This document shows positions 42,757-44,858 of a stretch of 44,858 nucleotides of DNA, in pieces; positions within the stretch are counted from its first letter, which is position 1, and each line of letters begins with the position of its first letter. The stretch comes from Candidatus Moraniibacteriota bacterium (lineage in GTDB: Bacteria > Patescibacteriota > Minisyncoccia > Moranbacterales > UBA9337), in the NCBI GenBank assembly GCA_036584565.1, contig JAZHDF010000082.1, forward strand, positions 1-44,858, read 5' to 3'. A program made the position numbers and the translations under genes. Under the pieces are notes generated by a model. It ran no database searches. It saw nothing but the letters and a program-made list of their open reading frames with translations, and had not been told where the DNA came from.

Positions 42757-43636
42757 AAATGTTAAATTTATCCTCGCTCAAAAAAGATGTCTGACACAAA
42801 TCTTTTCTAGCAATTTTTTCCTCAAAATATTTAATCATTTCATACTTAAAGCTATTTTTTAAATCGTAGTCATTGCAAGCAAAACCAATCATGCCTGTAA
42901 AAAAATCACTTAATTGAATCAATAAATTATTACCAGAATCATACGCCTGAAGATGCTTTATTCTGCAATCCTTTTTATTTTTGAAAATGTGAAATTCCAA
43001 AAAATGATTCAGGGCATTCAAAATATTTCTATCTCTTGAAGGTTTTTTATCTAGAAATATATAGTATTCGTTTTGGCTCGCTAGCTTGGCCTTAATCATT
43101 ATATAATAGAACTTATAGAATGCCGTCTCCAGGCTTCCATTATGATATTCTTTAAACTTAACTTTGCGCTTGTCTACTATTATTCCACGAAAATTCAAAT
43201 GTTCGTTCGCCAAAAAATAATCGAATAATTCCTTATATAGATCGGAATATTTTCTTCCAACCTTCGACCATTTCAATTCGTATTTGAAATCATGCTTTGA
43301 GAAAATTTCCCTTATTTCATTTACAACCCTATCTTTTTTTGGACGCGACAAAAACAATGCTCCAATAACCATTTTATTTGAGTCTGTATTTTCAACTCTA
43401 CTTTCGTCACAATATATATTGTATGATTTTCGATTCATATTTTTTAATTTTGAATATCTTTTACGATTTTTTCTATTGTTTTTTCTCTTTTTTTGTGATA
43501 AAATGTAATCAGATATGAATCTTATTCCATCCAAAAAATCATCTAAACTCAAACTATCTTGGACAATATTAGCTGTGCTATCTTTTGAATTTTGCTTGAC
43601 AATCACATTAGCTTCACTTAAAATGCCTACAGGCAT
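42725..43636 (-). CDS. DUF3800-family protein
   Basis: N-terminal core motif NIYCDESRVENTD and C-terminal LIQLSDFFTGMIG (DES and QxxD signatures). The core starts at M67 (ATG 43438). The 66-aa N-extension in the track ORF is doubtful. Confidence 0.7.
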   Translation of the reverse strand: MPVGILSEANVIVKQNSKDSTANIVQDSLSLDDFLDGIRFISDYILSQKKRKNNRKNRKRYSKLKNMNRKSYNIYCDESRVENTDSNKMVIGALFLSRPKKDRVVNEIREIFSKHDFKYELKWSKVGRKYSDLYKELFDYFLANEHLNFRGIIVDKRKVKFKEYHNGSLETAFYKFYYIMIKAKLASQNEYYIFLDKKPSRDRNILNALNHFLEFHIFKNKKDCRIKHLQAYDSGNNLLIQLSDFFTGMIGFACNDYDLKNSFKYEMIKYFEEKIARKDLCQTSFLSEDKFNIFVWKEIDEKS

Positions 43637-43651
43637 TTTAAGTGAAGCTAA
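43608..43651. promoter_or_regulatory. 21-bp-arm perfect inverted repeat (2-nt spacer) spanning the upstream DUF3800 ATG
   Basis: TTAGCTTCACTTAAAATGCCT-ac-AGGCATTTTAAGTGAAGCTAA. Confidence 0.45.
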
Positions 43652-43756
43652 CTAGTTATAATAAAAAATATCACCGTTCAAACAAACATATTTATTGTTT
43701 GTTTTTTATTTTAATATTAATACTATAATAAACAAATAATATTCACTTAAAAAAAT

Positions 43757-44110
43757 TTAATGTTTATTCTTATTGACTAACTTATATTTTATTTTCCCAT
43801 TTGGGTACTGAAAAATTTTTCCATTTTGTATAATTGGAACTATAACAACTCCTCTTGGTCTACGCCATTTCCCTATTCTTTTAATTTTATCCATGAATTC
43901 AACCATAAATTCGTTTGCTTCTTCTGGACATTTCCTTGCTAGTCTTTTAAAATTATCAGAATAATGATAAAAAACTCTTTCAAATGCTATATGTTTAGAG
44001 TTTGAGAGATTTAGATGTTGGGGCAACTGATGCCTTAAAAATGTTTCAAACTTCCTACTAATTTTATCTATATCTATTTTAGACTTTATTTTATCTTTTG
44101 ATTGACTCAT
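43757..44110 (-). CDS. Hypothetical protein
   Basis: 117-aa basic ORF with no recognisable motifs. Confidence 0.4.
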   Translation of the reverse strand: MSQSKDKIKSKIDIDKISRKFETFLRHQLPQHLNLSNSKHIAFERVFYHYSDNFKRLARKCPEEANEFMVEFMDKIKRIGKWRRPRGVVIVPIIQNGKIFQYPNGKIKYKLVNKNKH

Positions 44111-44121
44111 AAAAAATATTT

Positions 44122-44787
44122 TTATAAATTATTTTTAATATATTCCTTATACTCTCCAAACAAAAACTCCATTCTTTCTGCTTCGGATTTGAATGTTTGT
44201 TTGCCGTAAGCCCTATCTACTGCCCTATCCAGATTTTGATGGGCTTTGACAAGGTCCGCTGGCATTGTGAGTGGATCATACAGATCAGCCAAGCTGGCGC
44301 CTTTGTCATTCCGTGCTTGATCCGGAATCTCATGAGATCCTGAATCAAGTTCAGGATGACAATGCATATATTTTTCTCTAACATCTAGGACTTCTTGCGC
44401 ATATTTTTCAACTGCTTTGATTTTTTCTTCACTCGGATTTTCTGGCCAAGGAAAATTATTATAAACAATGTCTTTTGAATAACGAAAATCACTTTTTAAT
44501 CTACCACAAACATGACGCACCCATGTCATATGCATTTCACTTTCCAAAACTCCAAAATGATATAATGTTGCGTTTGGAATACTCTGCATTGTATCGCTAA
44601 CTATATAATTTTTATCAAAAAATCCCATCGGAATATATTTTCTATTTTCAGATGTAGTTCTAGGAATAACAATAAAACTTTCTGGATTATTTATATCCCT
44701 AAATATTGTTGGTTTTTTGGCTAAATCTCTAGCACCTTTATCTTTGCTAGACAACCTAAATTCTTTTACTAATTTTATTTTTTCCAT
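44122..44787 (-). pseudogene. C-terminal fragment of an MmeI-like (type IIL/IIG) restriction-modification / DNA methyltransferase protein
   Basis: YIPMGFFDKNYIVSDTMQSIPNATLYHFGVLESEMHMTWVRHVCGRLKSDFRYSKDIVYNNFPWP and SLADLYDPLTMPADLVKAHQNLDRAVDRAY are hallmarks of the MmeI-family C-terminus. The ~700-aa N-terminal nuclease/methylase part is absent. Confidence 0.7.
44304..44361. mobile_element. Palindromic MITE-like element (TGTCAT...ATGACA) inserted in frame in the MmeI-like fragment
   Basis: TGTCATTCCGTGCTTGATCCGGAATCTC-at-GAGATCCTGAATCAAGTTCAGGATGACA has imperfect inverted arms. It encodes CHPELDSGSHEIPDQARND between conserved REKY and SLADLYDP. Its head is the same as that of the intergenic modules. 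Confidence 0.65.
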
Positions 44788-44805
44788 AATAACAGGAATA
44801 TTTTT

Positions 44806-44858
44806 AAGGCTCTAGACCATCAAACTAATTAATATTTATGTAAAATTCTAATTAAATC
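44806..44858. repeat. Right arm of the perfect 53-bp inverted repeat
   Basis: Reverse complement of 2-54. Confidence 0.9.

Overview
AT-rich 44.9-kb stretch in which every credible gene (about 45) is on the minus strand. All long plus-strand ORFs look like antisense shadows. The gene content and style fit a small-genome, probably CPR/Patescibacteria-like bacterium (inference only): compact HrcA, four-helix-bundle and GxxExxY genes, and word-like modular intergenic repeats. Core blocks, read along the minus strand: rpoB-rpoC-rpsF-ssb-rpsR-efp-secE-nusG-rplK-rplA (38.0 to 26.0 kb); rnhA; a MacAB-like ABC efflux operon with two FtsX permeases (24.2 to 18.8 kb); and CIRCE-hrcA-(Nudix)grpE-dnaK (18.1 to 13.9 kb). 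A wzm/wzt-type polysaccharide exporter plus glycosyltransferase is split by about 9 kb of accessory DNA. That insert holds an IS200-type tnpA, DUF3800 relics, an orphan AAA ATPase, a PaaX-like regulator bracketed by repeats, and a 1066-aa secreted beta-helix/lipase-like protein. A second accessory island (38.2-44.9 kb, upstream of the rpoB promoter) carries the best candidates for new biology. (1) An XRE repressor / ImmA-IrrE protease / TM0106-type RecB-like nuclease operon, with a 40-bp perfect palindrome over a consensus promoter and a duplicated relic of the nuclease 5' end. (2) A DUF3800 plus small 'HIF-motif' protein gene pair that recurs as a decayed copy at 4.2-5.0 kb. Other notable signals: a GC-rich structured RNA candidate with its own consensus promoter on the otherwise empty plus strand between grpE and dnaK; a Nudix-GrpE fusion; an Arg32-type EF-P; a family of GTTTGTCAT-headed modular repeats, one copy inserted in frame in a truncated MmeI-like gene; a perfect 194-bp duplication of the wzt 5' end around the IS200 copy; and a perfect 53-bp inverted repeat forming the two ends of the window. 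No rRNA, tRNA or CRISPR array was found. All family assignments come from motif reading by eye, not from database searches.
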